A stretch of DNA of 64,000 nucleotides from Octopus bimaculoides (GCF_001194135.2 NC_068982.1:163911489-163975488); one strand, 5' to 3'. Positions 25,368 to 37,990 are shown, counted from the stretch's first letter. Numbers and translations are program-made. The notes: generated from the letters alone by a model not told the origin.

Positions 25368-26530
25368 TTTGGATGCATCTTAGAATGCGTTTTCAAGAAG
25401 AGTGCGAAATTCTCATCGCAAGATTCCTTCGGTTTATTAATTCCTTTGAAATCAATAAACTTTCAGGAAAGACTTCTGCTTTGGAAATAAAAGCTTCACA
25501 GGAATCAAATCTGGAGAGTAGGAGGATTGGAGGGTGGGGTAGTAGTCGACGCGTGCTTTTCCCTAAAATCGCAGGCAAGTAGTGAGGCACAAGTAGTTGC
25601 TTTGTCACAGTGCATATATCAGTGCATGTCCTCAGACTTCACACTGTATATCTTAAACGCTTCAGTACACCATAGGAAAATTTATTGATCGTCTGACAAA
25701 GTGTGTGTGAGGAACTTACGATAAACGAGAGTTTCACATTTGAGCAACTATTACTTTCTGTTTTGGTTCTACTAAAGATGGCCCAATCACCTCCGAAAAC
25801 TATCCTTTTGTTTGACGTCTTAGCCGCACATCCATATTGCATCACCTTTAATGGCAATTTCAGCCAGTTTTCACTAACAACCGAAAGACACTCAATTTGC
25901 ATTTTGTTTATTTTTCAGAAAATACGGCAACAATTCTACGGCAGTAATAATGCCTCATTAGTTTTGCTTTTAGTATTATATTTCACGAACTTTTACAGGT
26001 GTCTGTGTTTTCGGTACCTTCATGGATCTTCAGATAACGAATTTTGGGATTACAATACACACATTCGGGGATTACAATACACACATTCGCAATGTGATTA
26101 TTATCGACTGTCGTTGAATGACGTCAAGATGGGACCCGATTTAAGACATTGGTCCCACTAGTGACATTGTGTAAGCCTCAAACAATCCTCTTCTAGACTT
26201 TTTGTAGCTTCAAAAACATCTCTGTGAAGTTTTCCTCTATTTCAAGCAATTTCTAACAAATTCGCAGCTGTTCCTAATCCTTTATTGATTAACTTGCGAC
26301 AAACAGCCATGTGCAATAAGCATTAGTTCACTCTAGCAAGTAGACGACTAGCTGACGTGGAGTGATGTTGTTATTTTTAGACTGTTGGGCGAGGTTGTTC
26401 AGTCGCAGTACTGCAGTGGCAGGCACACTATGCTGGGTGGTTGTCACAATGTTCTGTTACTTTATGGTCAGAGAGAAATTATATGTGAGTGAGTGAGTGA
26501 GTGATAATGCGTGTGTTTGTGTGTGTGTGT

Positions 26531-26680
26531 AATTGGCAGAATCGTTAGCACGCCGAACAGTTCGACTTTGTCTTTTATCCTTTCGGGTTCGATAAAATAA
26601 GTACCAGTCATGTACTGAGGTCAATGTAATCGACTGTCTCCCTACCGCAAAGTTTCAGGCCTTGTGTCTACAAGAGAAAC
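26531..26680 (+). mobile_element. SINE family A with an internal deletion
   Basis: Head ttggcagaatcgttagcacgccg joins directly to tcgactttgtcttttatcctttcggg; the B-box region is lost. Confidence 0.85.
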
Positions 26681-27141
26681 GTCTCCACCATCCTTTATGT
26701 AAATCCCCACACAAATTATCTGACCTTGTGATATCCCCTTCATATATGCTCCTCTGGGAGTTCATTCAGCTCAGTATTCAGGACCATTCGGACACGTCTA
26801 TCATATTCTTTCCTGATCGCCTCCTTCATTGACCCATACTGAATTCCTTTCTGTGCAGTTTCTTTCTTTTTTTTAAAATCCTTTTCTTTAAATACTTATA
26901 CGTCGAAATTGACGGGAGTGACTCCCTCCTCCTCCTCCTCCTCCTCCTCCTCCTCCTCNNNNNNNNNNNNNNNNNNNNNNNNNNNNNNNNNNNNNNNNNN
27001 NNNNNNNNNNNNNNNNNNNNNNNNNNNNNNNNNNNNNNNNNNNNNNNNNNNNNNNNNNNNNNNNNNNNNNNNNNNNNNNNNNNNNNNNNNNNNNNNNNNN
27101 NNNNNNTTTCATCCTTTCGGAGTCGATAAATACCAGTGAAA

Positions 27142-27730
27142 CACTGACAAATGGTATAAACACCATCCTGAAGCTGTGACTGAGGGAGAAAATGTATCGA
27201 TTCTCTGGGACTTCACCGTACATACCGACAAAACTATAAAAGGTAATAAACCGGATATTGTTATAAAAGATCAGACAAAGAAGATGTGTTTATTAATTGA
27301 CATGAGTATTCCCTGCGATCATAATATAGCGGCGAAAGAATTTGACAAGATCAGTAAATATAAAGACTTGCTAATAAAAATTGAAAAAATGTGGCACCTC
27401 AAGGCGACTACCGTACCAGTGATTGTAGGATCTCTAGGAATGATAAAAAAAGGAGGTACTGAAACCTATTTGAAAAGCGAACAATCGTGTTAACTGGAAC
27501 GACTCGTGTACTGAGAAGAACATTATCGCTGTGAAAACAACGTCTATTCATGAATTTATTCATTTATTAATTAAAAAAAATACATATATGTTACCTGTGA
27601 ATTTGCTTGTGTAAACGGGGAATGCATACAATGAGCATCTCTGCCCTAGGTGTACAGAAAACACTTGGCGGGAAATGGAAGAAAATTTGAAGAAAGAAGA
27701 AAAAAAAAAGAGAACAACATAATAATAATT
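27142..27730 (+). mobile_element. R4/Dong-like non-LTR retrotransposon 3' end (restriction-like endonuclease domain)
   Basis: 27146-27534 translates DKWYKHHPEAVTEGENVSILWDFTVHTDKTIKGNKPDIVIKD...LLIDMSIPCD...KISKYKDL...VPVIVGSLGMIKK...TGTTRVLRRTLSL* (one deletion/frameshift); PD-(D/E)xK-type RLE motifs; 3' UTR ends in aataataat. Confidence 0.9.
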
Positions 27731-27829
27731 TCTAATCTTGAACTATGATAATAATTGCGTGTTGTGTTTCAAACCCTGATTTTATTGGCTTGTTAAAAAA
27801 GAGATTCCAAGCAAGAAATACTATATAAT

Positions 27830-28046
27830 TCTTTCTACTATAGGCAGAAGGACTGAAATTTTTGGGGACGGGTAAGTTGATTACATCGATTCCAGTGCTC
27901 AAATGGTACTTAATTTATCGACCCCGAAAGGATGAAAGGCAAAGTCGACTTTGACGGAATTTGAACCCAGAACATAAAGACGAACGGACTGCCGCGGAAC
28001 ATTTTGTCCGGCGTGGTAACGATTCTGCCAGCTTGCCTCCATTAGG
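27830..28046 (-). mobile_element. SINE family A with a probable 16-bp TSD
   Basis: Full copy; flanked by agaaatactatataat (27814-27829) and agaaatacaatataat (28047-28062), one mismatch. Confidence 0.9.
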
Positions 28047-30010
28047 AGAAATACAATATAATGATTTCTTCGAGCCTTCTTCAGACGAAAGAACTTGAAC
28101 TCAGATCAGTAACTTACAAAGAACTCGTTAAATTTACGGTTTCTTCTGTTTAAATTTTGTTCTGTGCGGATGAAAGCTTTGAAAAATAGTTATAAACGGA
28201 TATTAGATAATAAAAACATACTTCTATGAAGTATTTGCATACAAGATTAGTTAAACTAAATGGCAATGCTAGACATCAGCTAAAAATCGTTACCTAATAC
28301 ATATACACATGTAGAGGGAAAATAATATCAGGCATCCATTTTTTATGCATTCCTAGTTAAAGTAGAAGGCAGGAAACTATTGAATGATAGAGAATAATTT
28401 AAGAAAACAGATATCAGTCTTGCACGCTACTTCCCCAACTGAAAAGAAAATCTGTCATTTACTAATGTGGAATATGATGATATGAAAGTTTAACAAATTA
28501 ATCAGCAATACAACGACAAAATTATTCTAATAATTGGACAAGATTATTAAGAGTTGAAATCTAAAACGACGGCATATCACCACAAAGAGTTAACCCAATG
28601 GAAATGATGAACAACGATAAAGGCATTCGGTTAATAACTTATCCAAAAATGCATCACATTAATGTAAAAGATTGGATGAAAAACTGTGGATTTAACTGGA
28701 CAGCTAATGCAACATTGTTTGTCATTACGTAACCACTAAACAACTAGAGAACATTTATAATACCTAAAATATTGAACACAAAGAACCATGGTTTCATCAG
28801 TTCTCAGATAAAAAAAAATCCATCATGTTCTATCAGAGTATCAGATATTAACAACCAACATAATATACTTTGAATCATAAACAACGCAGCAGATATATAC
28901 CGTATAAGCTTGAAGTTTCAGTTTAACATCCGCAACATTACCATCAAATGTCTTTAGCGAAGTTCACTGTTTCAAGCATTCCGGTCTCTTTTTTGAAGGC
29001 AGTGATTCTGTTTCCAATATGGGCAATATATGTGCTGTTTTTATTTTCCTGTATAAATTTTCCTCTCCTCCCTCCACAACTATACTTCTCCCTCTAACTA
29101 AACTGTAACAATATATTTTTTTCAATTGTTTAAAGACAAAGCTCGACAAAGTATGGACCNNNNNNNNNNNNNNNNNNNNNNNNNNNNNNNNNNNNNNNNN
29201 NNNNNNNNNNNNNNNNNNNNNNNNNNNNNNNNNNNNNNNNNNNNNNNNNNNNNNNNNNNNNNNNNNNNNNNNNNNNNNNNNNNNNNNNNNNNNNNNNNNN
29301 NNNNNNNNNNNNNNNNNNNNNNNNNNNNNNNNNNNNNNNNNNNNNNNNNNNNNNNNNNNNNNNNNNNNNNNNNNNNNNNNNNNNNNNNNNNNNNNNNNNN
29401 NNNNNNNNNNNNNNNNNNNNNNNNNNNNNNNNNNNNNNNNNNNNNNNAACAATATATTTTTTTCAATTGTTTAAAGACAAAGCTCGACAAAGTATGGACC
29501 AGTGTCTGTCTTAAGAATAAAGCCACTGCTTATATTCTGGCCAGCAATTGGTATTGTCATTATCTTGAATAACATATGATAATATTAGACACAGCAACAC
29601 CGTAACATTGTGTTACTATGTGATTGTTCAGAGAGAAGTTGACTAACTTTAGTATACGCCTGGTATTTATATTTCATAAGGAGTAGAATTATGTCAGCCA
29701 CTAAATAACTTCCATGACATTCTTATATAACAATGGAATTTTTTTTATATATAGCCTTCAAATAAGAAATATCAATAAAAAGAAAATAATAACAACAACG
29801 ATAAGAGGTGAAATATTGCTTGCTAGCATTAAATAGCATAGAAGTAGTGGTTCCAGCATTACTTTAGTCATGAGTAGGGGTTTCAACATAATGACCTCGA
29901 GGGTAAAATTAGGATAGATCTTATAGTTCTCTTTTACTATATTAAATGCACACCGTTACAAGTGTGTATGTATGAATGTATGTATGTATATATGTATGTA
30001 TGTATGTATG

Positions 30011-30054
<44 letters not shown>

Positions 30055-31033
30055 NNNNNNNNNNNNNNNNNNNNNNNNNNNNNNNNNNNNNNNNNNNNNN
30101 NNNNNNNNNNNNNNNNNNNNNNNNNNNNNNNNNNNNNNNNNNNNNNNNNNNNNNNNNNNNNNNNNNNNNNNNNNNNNNNNNNNNNNNNNNNNNNNNNNNN
30201 NNNNNNNNNNNNNNNNNNNNNNNNNNNNNNNNNNNNNNNNNNNNNNNNNNNNNNNNNNNNNNNNNNNNNNNNNNNNNNNNNNNNNNNNNNNNNNNNNNNN
30301 NNNNNNNNNNNNNNNNNNNNNNNNNNNNNNNNNNNNNNNNNNNNNNNNNNNNNNNNNNNNNNNNNNNNNNNNNNNNNNNNNNNNNNNNNNNNNNNNNNNN
30401 NNNNNNNNNNNNNNNNNNNNNNNNNNNNNNNNNNNNNNNNNNNNNNNNNNNNNNNNNNNNNNNNNNNNNNNNNNNNNNNNNNNNNNNNNNNNNNNNNNNN
30501 NNNNNNNNNNNNNNNNNNNNNNNNNNNNNNNNNNNNNNNNNNNNNNNNNNNNNNNNNNNNNNNNNNNNNNNNNNNNNNNNNNNNNNNNNNNNNNNNNNNN
30601 NNNNNNNNNNNNNNNNNNNNNNNNNNNNNNNNNNNNNNNNNNNNNNNNNNNNNNNNNNNNNNNNNNNNNNNNNNNNNNNNNNNNNNNNNNNNNNNNNNNN
30701 NNNNNNNNNNNNNNNNNNNNNNNNNNNNNNNNNNNNNNNNNNNNNNNNNNNNNNNNNNNNNNNNNNNNNNNNNNNNNNNNNNNNNNNNNNNNNNNNNNNN
30801 NNNNNNNNNNNNNNNNNNNNNNNNNNNNNNNNNNNNNNNNNNNNNNNNNNNNNNNNNNNNNNNNNNNNNNNNNNNNNNNNNNNNNNNNNNNNNNNNNNNN
30901 NNNNNNNNNNNNNNNNNNNNNNNNNNNNNNNNNNNNNNNNNNNNNNNNNNNNNNNNNNNNNNNNNNNNNNNNNNNNNNNNNNNNNNNNNNNNNNNNNNNN
31001 NNNNNNNNNNNNNNNNNNNNNNNNNNNNNNNNN

Positions 31034-31079
<46 letters not shown>

Positions 31080-31239
31080 ACATACACATATACGTATATA
31101 CACAAATACATACATACGTAAATGCATACATGCATAAGCATGTGCATGTGTGACAATGCGTGCACGTGTGTGTATCTCTATAAATATAAGAACAAATTCT
31201 CATTAACCATAGAAGAATAAATCATAACAATTAAAACTG

Positions 31240-32635
31240 CGATTATCCCCTAACGTTACACCGAAGCGTGTCAAAATGCTGTTGCGTAAAACTCAGAATG
31301 CATAGTATATACATACACACATATGCACAAATACCTAGATAATTTGATAAAAGTTCCAATGAAGGAGCCTTGAATCTATGTTTGAGTCCGGTTCTTTCTC
31401 TATTGACAAGAAATACAGAAATGAAACTGATTGATAACATACATACATACAATAAAAGAGACAGTGAAGCCGCTGGAGCTCCAAGATGTAACCGAAAAGG
31501 TAGATTATGTGATATTTTTGTGGAAGGCATCATACATATGATTAACTGCTGCTCAAAATTTTGATGAAGGTACGACCCCCCCCCTACGCGACACGACATT
31601 GTCACAAAAGCAATATACAATGCCATGCAGAAAGAAAGACTGTCCTGGAATATGGAGAAACCCTTCTTATTGAATACGTACTCTTTTACTGCTTTACTTG
31701 TTTCAGCCATTTGACTGCGGCCATGCTAGAGCACCGCTTTTAGTCGAGCAAATCGACCCCAGGACTTATTCTTTGGAAGCCTAGTACTTATTCTATCGGT
31801 CTCTTTTACCGAACCGCTAAGTTACGGGGGACGTAAACACACCAACATCGGTTGTCAAGCGATGTTGGGGGGAACAAACACAGACACACAAACACACACA
31901 CATATATATACATATACATATATATGATGGGCTTCTTTCAGTTTCCGTCTACACAAACACACACACACATATATATACATATACATACATATATGACGGG
32001 CTTCTTTCAGTTTCCGTCTACCAAATCCACTCCCAAGGCTTTGGTCGGCCCGCGGCTATAGTAGAAGATACTTGCCCAAGGTGCCCCGCAGTGGGACTGA
32101 ACCCGGAACCGTGTGGGTGGTAAGCAAGCTACTTACAACACAGCTACTCCTGCGCCACAAATATCAGCACAAGGAATACTGGTGGAACATTCCCATCAAA
32201 ACATCTGTCAAGTGTTAGCATAACTTGCCGGATATTGTTATTTGGGACAGACAAGAGAAAGCCTGTGCCGTCTAAGAGGTCAGCTGTCCTGCTGATGTGA
32301 ATATCTCTGAAAAGCAAAGAGAAAGAAGATATGACAACTGCTTCGAAACCTCCAGCATCTATATCCGGAGTACAAATTTACATTCATATCAAAAATAATT
32401 GGTGCACTTGACTTTGTAAGTAAATGCCTAACTATCAGTCTGGATAAGCTTGATTCGCGTATCACAAATACAATCTATAAGTGGAACAGTAAAACTGTGC
32501 AAGACTTTTCTCATGTTTAACATGTGATATTATTTTCGTTATCAACATTCCAACGATAGAGCTTTGTATCTTTGTTAGAAAACAGGCCCTTCTTCAAAGG
32601 AAGAAGTTAAGTAAGTTAAAATACAAAGGAACATT
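31240..32635 (+). mobile_element. Second RLE-type non-LTR retrotransposon 3' fragment, interrupted by a SINE
   Basis: Before the SINE: NKRDSEAAGAPRCNRKGRLCDIFVEGIIHMINCC (decayed CCHC knuckle) and RHDIVTKAIYNA. After it: HKEYWWNIPIKTSVKC*HNLPDIVIWDRQEKACAV*EVSCPAD, LRNLQHLYPEYKFTFISKIIGALDFV and QIQSISGTVKLCKTFLMF. Confidence 0.85.
31683..32156 (-). mobile_element. tRNA-derived SINE family B
   Basis: Minus strand begins ggcgcaggagtagctgtgttgtaag..., with B-box-like gggttcagtccc, an internal TA/CA tract and an internal duplication of about 65-69 bp; homologous to 40993-41380. Confidence 0.9.
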
Positions 32636-33063
32636 CATACATACATACATACATACAAACATACATACGTACGTACACATACGCACATAGTTATAACGTG
32701 ATCACGTGATCGACCAGACAGTAGGATGTTATACATCGTAAGCAGATAAATTTCTATAAACATTTTAATATTTACAAATGTATATACATATAAGAGAGAG
32801 AGCGAGAAAGAGAGGGAGAGAGAATATGCATACACTTTTGAGCATATAGATTAGAGGTAAACGTACTCAATTAGAAATAAGCATACAATATAGTAATATA
32901 ATTGTATTTTATACAGATTGCTACTTCTTCATAACTAGAATCTTATTGCTGACGTCTACAAAACGGTACAGAATACACAAACACACACAGAAGCACTCAT
33001 ATAAACGCGCGCACACTCACACACACGCGCGCATGCACACACACACGCACACACACATGCACA

Positions 33064-33159
<96 letters not shown>

Positions 33160-33412
33160 TATGTAATTATAACTATATGCACGATTTTTCAGTTTTGCTA
33201 TATTACTTCATTCCCTCATGATATCTACAAATTCCAGACATAGTCGCTTACTTCAAAAATATTTTCTGCTTTTGACTCGGTTTTGATACATAGATAATTA
33301 TGTTGCATATAGTAATGAACAAATAGCGAGTTGAGAGATTCAAGTATGTTTCCACACAAATATAAAAATACATGCATAACAGTGCTACGCACACGCACAC
33401 ATATAAACGCAC

Positions 33413-33654
33413 GGCGAGCTGGCAGAAACGTTAGCACGCTGGGCGAAATGCTTAGCGGTATTTCGTCTGCCACTACGTTCTGAGTTCAAATTCCGCCGAG
33501 GTCGACTTTGCCTTTCATCCTTTCGGGGTCGATTAAATAAGTACCAGTTACGCACTGGGGTCGATATAATCGACTTAATCCGTTTGTCTGTCCTTGTTTG
33601 TCCGTCCTTGTTTGTCCCATCTGTGTGTAGCCCCTTGTGGGTAGTAAAGAAATA
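33413..33654 (+). mobile_element. SINE family A, alternative-tail subfamily, with a perfect 18-bp TSD
   Basis: gcacacatataaacgcac at 33395-33412 and 33655-33672; tail tttgtctgtccttgtttgtcc...agccccttgtgggtagtaaagaaata. Confidence 0.95.
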
Positions 33655-33857
33655 GCACACATATAAACGCACACATACATACGCACACATATACATAAGT
33701 AGTGACCGATGGAGATGATCATGAAATGCGTAAGCAAATATCATATGCTAAAATGTTTTGAGATTAGGCAAGTTTGCATGTCCTGGGTGAAGAATCTGAT
33801 ATTCAGGATTTCAGTGAGAGAAATGTTTCTCTCTCTCTCTCTCTCTCTCTCTCCCAG

Positions 33858-33881
33858 ACAAGGGGAGACAACCCGGAAATG
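33858..33881 (+). other. Candidate 24-nt microexon
   Basis: (CT)n-CCCAG acceptor, then acaaggggagacaacccggaaatg, then a GTAAGT donor; open in all three phases. Confidence 0.25.
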
Positions 33882-33896
33882 GTAAGTTGTTGCTAT

Positions 33897-33899
33897 TGT

Positions 33900-33952
<53 letters not shown>

Positions 33953-34022
33953 CTTCTTCTTCTTCTTCTTCTTCTTCTTCTTCTTCTTCTTCTTCTTCTT
34001 CTTCTTCTTCTTCTTCTTCTTC
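33897..34022. repeat. (GTT)n(CTT)n microsatellite. (CTA)n tracts also at about 42674-42742 and 55720-55782
   Basis: Seen directly. Confidence 0.97.
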
Positions 34023-34698
34023 CTGAAGCATAAGCTCTAATATAAACTATCGAAAGAGTCGCAGAGGGCCAACGTTTTGAGGAGTAAGGACTGGAAGCAG
34101 GGATTACTGCAGGTCTTACTTAGTGGGTGGAGATAGATACAGAAACGGTGATGAACAAAAGGAGAGCCGAAGAGTTTTGGTGGCTTGAGGCCAAATATAT
34201 CTGAAGAACAACGACCATAATAATGTTTGTTAGAAAATACTGTAAGAAAGAAAAAGAGGGAGTAAGAGAGACAGAGACAGACAGTAGACTTGTGTGGCAG
34301 AGATTCCAGTGCATCAGTGAGTGACTATTCCTATAAGCTGAGTGGAATTTACTGATGCTGGGCACATTGTCTGTGTGTGCCCAGCAGCAGAACCAGTGTC
34401 TTAGATGGTATATAACAAAGAGGGTAAGGGACAAAAGCACCGAACCTTCGGTGTATACCGAAGTTAATAACTTCAAGAACAGAAAGAGCTCCGTCAAGGC
34501 AGAGGTGCATGCGCACGCACGCACGCATACATGGATGTGCAACTTTCTCAGATTGCCCTATCGCGGCCTGTTTATATATTCAATAGAGATGCATAAATAC
34601 ATACATGTATACAGAAGTGCAACAAGTACAGAGGCAAAATAGACGAGTACGTCTAAAAAGGCAAAACAGCACTCTCGGTTATTATCAATCGAGTTACA

Positions 34699-34886
34699 AA
34701 GGCAGTGAGGTAGCAGAATCGTTAGCACGCAGGACAAAACGTTTAACGACATTTCATCCATTTTTTTTACGTTCTGAGTTCAAATTCCGCCGAGATCGAC
34801 TTTGCCTTTCGTCCTTTCGCGGTCGATAAAATATGTACCCATCGCGCACTAATTGCAGGCCTTGTGCTTATAGTAGAAAAAGATTA
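34699..34886 (+). mobile_element. SINE family A
   Basis: Head, B-box gagttcaaattccgcc, core and 'cttgtgcttatagtagaaaa' tail. Confidence 0.88.
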
Positions 34887-35385
34887 TTACTCTAGCTGTA
34901 CATGAGGAGTGTTTCCTTATGTAGCAGTGGTGTTCTCGAATTCTTTAGCGGAGAAGAGTCTTTTAATCGCTTTCCATCCCCACTTGAGACCAATTCACTA
35001 TGTATCTGTTAATAAAACTCTTGAGATAGTGTTATCTCTTTCTTTTGTACACATTTGTTGCTTTTATGCTTTACAAAAAAATTCAATATACTTTACTAAA
35101 CAAGTTACAAATTTGGGAATTTTCTTTGTTTTATTTTTATTGTATTGCGAAAAGAATTACTGATCGTAAATGTTATATAAATATTGATCTTCCACAAAAG
35201 AAAAGAAAATTATCAAATGTTAAGTCATGTTTCTTATCTGTTTTCACATTGATTCTCCTGAAATTAAAGAATCTAATAAGGGTTTACAAGTGGAGGGTAG
35301 GCTGAAGATATGAATAAAAAATAAACTAATCATTTGATAAGTAACTGTTAAAGGGGTGATGAGTTGAGTTCTAATTTTTTGCTAG

Positions 35386-35430
<45 letters not shown>

Positions 35431-35951
35431 TTATCTATCTATCTATCTACCTATCTGTCAGTCTTTCTGTCTGTCTGTCTGTCCGTATGCAGTGTAATCG
35501 CACACACACGTCAAAGAGCGATTTACGCTACCAATTCTTAATTGATTAAAATTATGTTGGAGAAAGACAGCAATGTTTAGTGGTACTTACAAGCGATTTT
35601 TAAAGAATAACAGAGAGATTTAAAAAACAAAAACGAAATTCGTTCATGTAAATTTACTTAGGAAGAAGGTATATATATTTAACCTGGAGCAGACGGATCA
35701 GTGGGGGTAAGCTCTTAAATATAGAAAAAGAAAAAGAAATTTACTGCGTACAGTATTCATTACAATATTTTAAGATTTAATCATTCCAATTCTTGACATT
35801 AGTCCCTTCGAGTAGTTTTTCTTAGCTCTTATAAGGAATATTCTTATACAAACTTTTCTTGGCTAAAACATACCCAACACATTCTCGAGATGTTGTAACC
35901 CGCAGGATTGATTTGAGGAGGTCACAAAGCGTAAAACGTGTCCATAGCTGT

Positions 35952-36004
<53 letters not shown>

Positions 36005-36379
36005 GCGTGCGTGTGCGAGTGTGTGAATGAGTGTGTATACGAATGTATGCATGTGTGTGTATGTGTGTAAGATCTAAATTTAAATAAATGAAACTAGAGT
36101 TTTAAAGCTTTTATTTGTGGAACTCTAAACAGAAGTGAATTTTTCGTATTTTTATTTCTTTGTTCATAAAATAATAATGGCAGATCGTCACCACATGTTT
36201 CACGAGTAAGGCTCTCTTCAACTTCTTCCCACGAAGAGAACCTATGACTTATTAAATCAAGTACGAACTTTAATAGCTAGACTAATTTGTTAACAATGCG
36301 TTTGTTGGCGGCATGATTAAATAATACTCTTATTAATTCAATCCAACATCGAAGCATTTATAAGAAATAGAACAAATTA

Positions 36380-37990
36380 CCAGTTTTATCTATATTGGTC
36401 TCTCAAAATCCTTTAGCGGTGGAAGCGTGGCTAATTCTGAGACATACTTATGAGAGGAAAATGCTCAACTAATTGAAGTGGATTGCGGTTATAGCATCTT
36501 TTGGGTTAGCAAGCCGACAGATGAGAAACGGAATCGTGGCGTTGGTTTGCGATCAACAAGAATCTAGGTTATAGGCTAGACGAGCTGCCATCCAATATGA
36601 GTGACCTCTGTTTTCCATTATCCTGTAGGTGATATGTGACTTTTCTCTGTTTATACACCAATCTTAAAAGTGTTATTCTTTCTATGCTAACATGCGACGA
36701 TATCATCCTAGCTGCTGAATTTAATGCTAGTATATAAGTCGGGACAGTAATACGTAATCTAGTCTGGGGAGCTTCGTTTACCTTAAAATGAATAACAGTG
36801 GTCTTCGAGTATTACAACTGTGCTTCGAAGTTGTGTGACAGGTAGTAAACAGTTCGATCATAAATGCAAGTAAAAAATTAGGTGAAAGATAATCCTCTGT
36901 TGAGTCAAAGTCATCTTGTTGACTTTCTCATAATATGCAATCATAACATTTGTAATCTGTAGCGTTAAGGTTTTGCGTGGAGCAACATGTAGTACATCTG
37001 ACTACATAATGCGTGGTACTATGTGTTGAACAGATCTCAATCTAAATAGGTGTTGAACAGATCACTATCTAATATGCTTACAACAATATCACAAAAGTTT
37101 CGAAACGGTCGAATGTTGATAAATTCCGAGACCCTGTCCTGTAATATCTGCACCCTTTTGTAAAACTCTAACAAACACATCACCTGATACTTCATGGTCA
37201 GACTTCAAGCAAAACAATTTATGTACTGATTTATGACTGGCAAACACAAAGATTAGTTCGATGAAAATAGTTCTGAAATATCCGAGCCTCAGGTATATAT
37301 GATACCAGCATAAATTACACAATAGATTGCTGAATCCTAATTTATTTCGAAAGCAACTTTTGAAGATAGAGGAATTATTGAAGTGCCATAAATCATTACG
37401 GGGAGAATTAAGAAGAATGAAGATCGCAATATGGAAACTCCTTTAATCTGATCCGTTTCAAATATAAATCAAAGACCTTTATAACTCTTGCGAACGAATT
37501 GTTGTATTTTGACGATTGTGTTCTTGTGGTTACCTCGGAACAAGAGTTTTAGAAAATAAAGAAACATTACTCAAAAGCCTTTACCAGTGTCTGATGTGTA
37601 CATTAAGCATCAGTTGGAAATCTTTTACATCTGATAAAGATAAGCTATCTCACTAAGGAAGCTTGCCTCAGCAAGTACATATGCGATAGTTTGGTGATAT
37701 CATCCGCCTTGAGGTGTCCAGAGCCCGAATTAGTTCTCGGTTAGCATTCCCAGCACTCCCCCACCTCACACAAGACGATTCAAAAACATATAAGTCACAT
37801 TTATTGTGAACATTGCGTACAGAGCAAAAGAGAACACAACTCCCCAGAACTGCGCATGTTGAAGATCTGTGTGGTAGGGGATCTAGTGATAATATCACCT
37901 GCGCTGCCTGTGGTCGCATTATATTTCTAAAAGCTGGGTCTGACACACCAGAACCTGACATATCAGGAGACTACCACATGGTACTTATAT
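36380..37990 (+). mobile_element. Decayed, internally deleted RTE/RTE-X LINE
   Basis: APE remnants SETYL*EENAQLIEVDCGYSIFWVSKPTDEKRNRGVG, DDIILAAEFNA, KMNNSGLRVLQLC and HLVDFLI; C-terminal remnants LYQCLMCTLSISWKSF and ITCAACGRI...GLTHQ (C2H2-like). Confidence 0.7.

Noticed and set aside
29107-29500. Exact 53-bp direct repeat (29107-29159 and 29448-29500)
   Set aside because: The copies sit on the two edges of an N-gap, the typical signature of an unmerged contig overlap.
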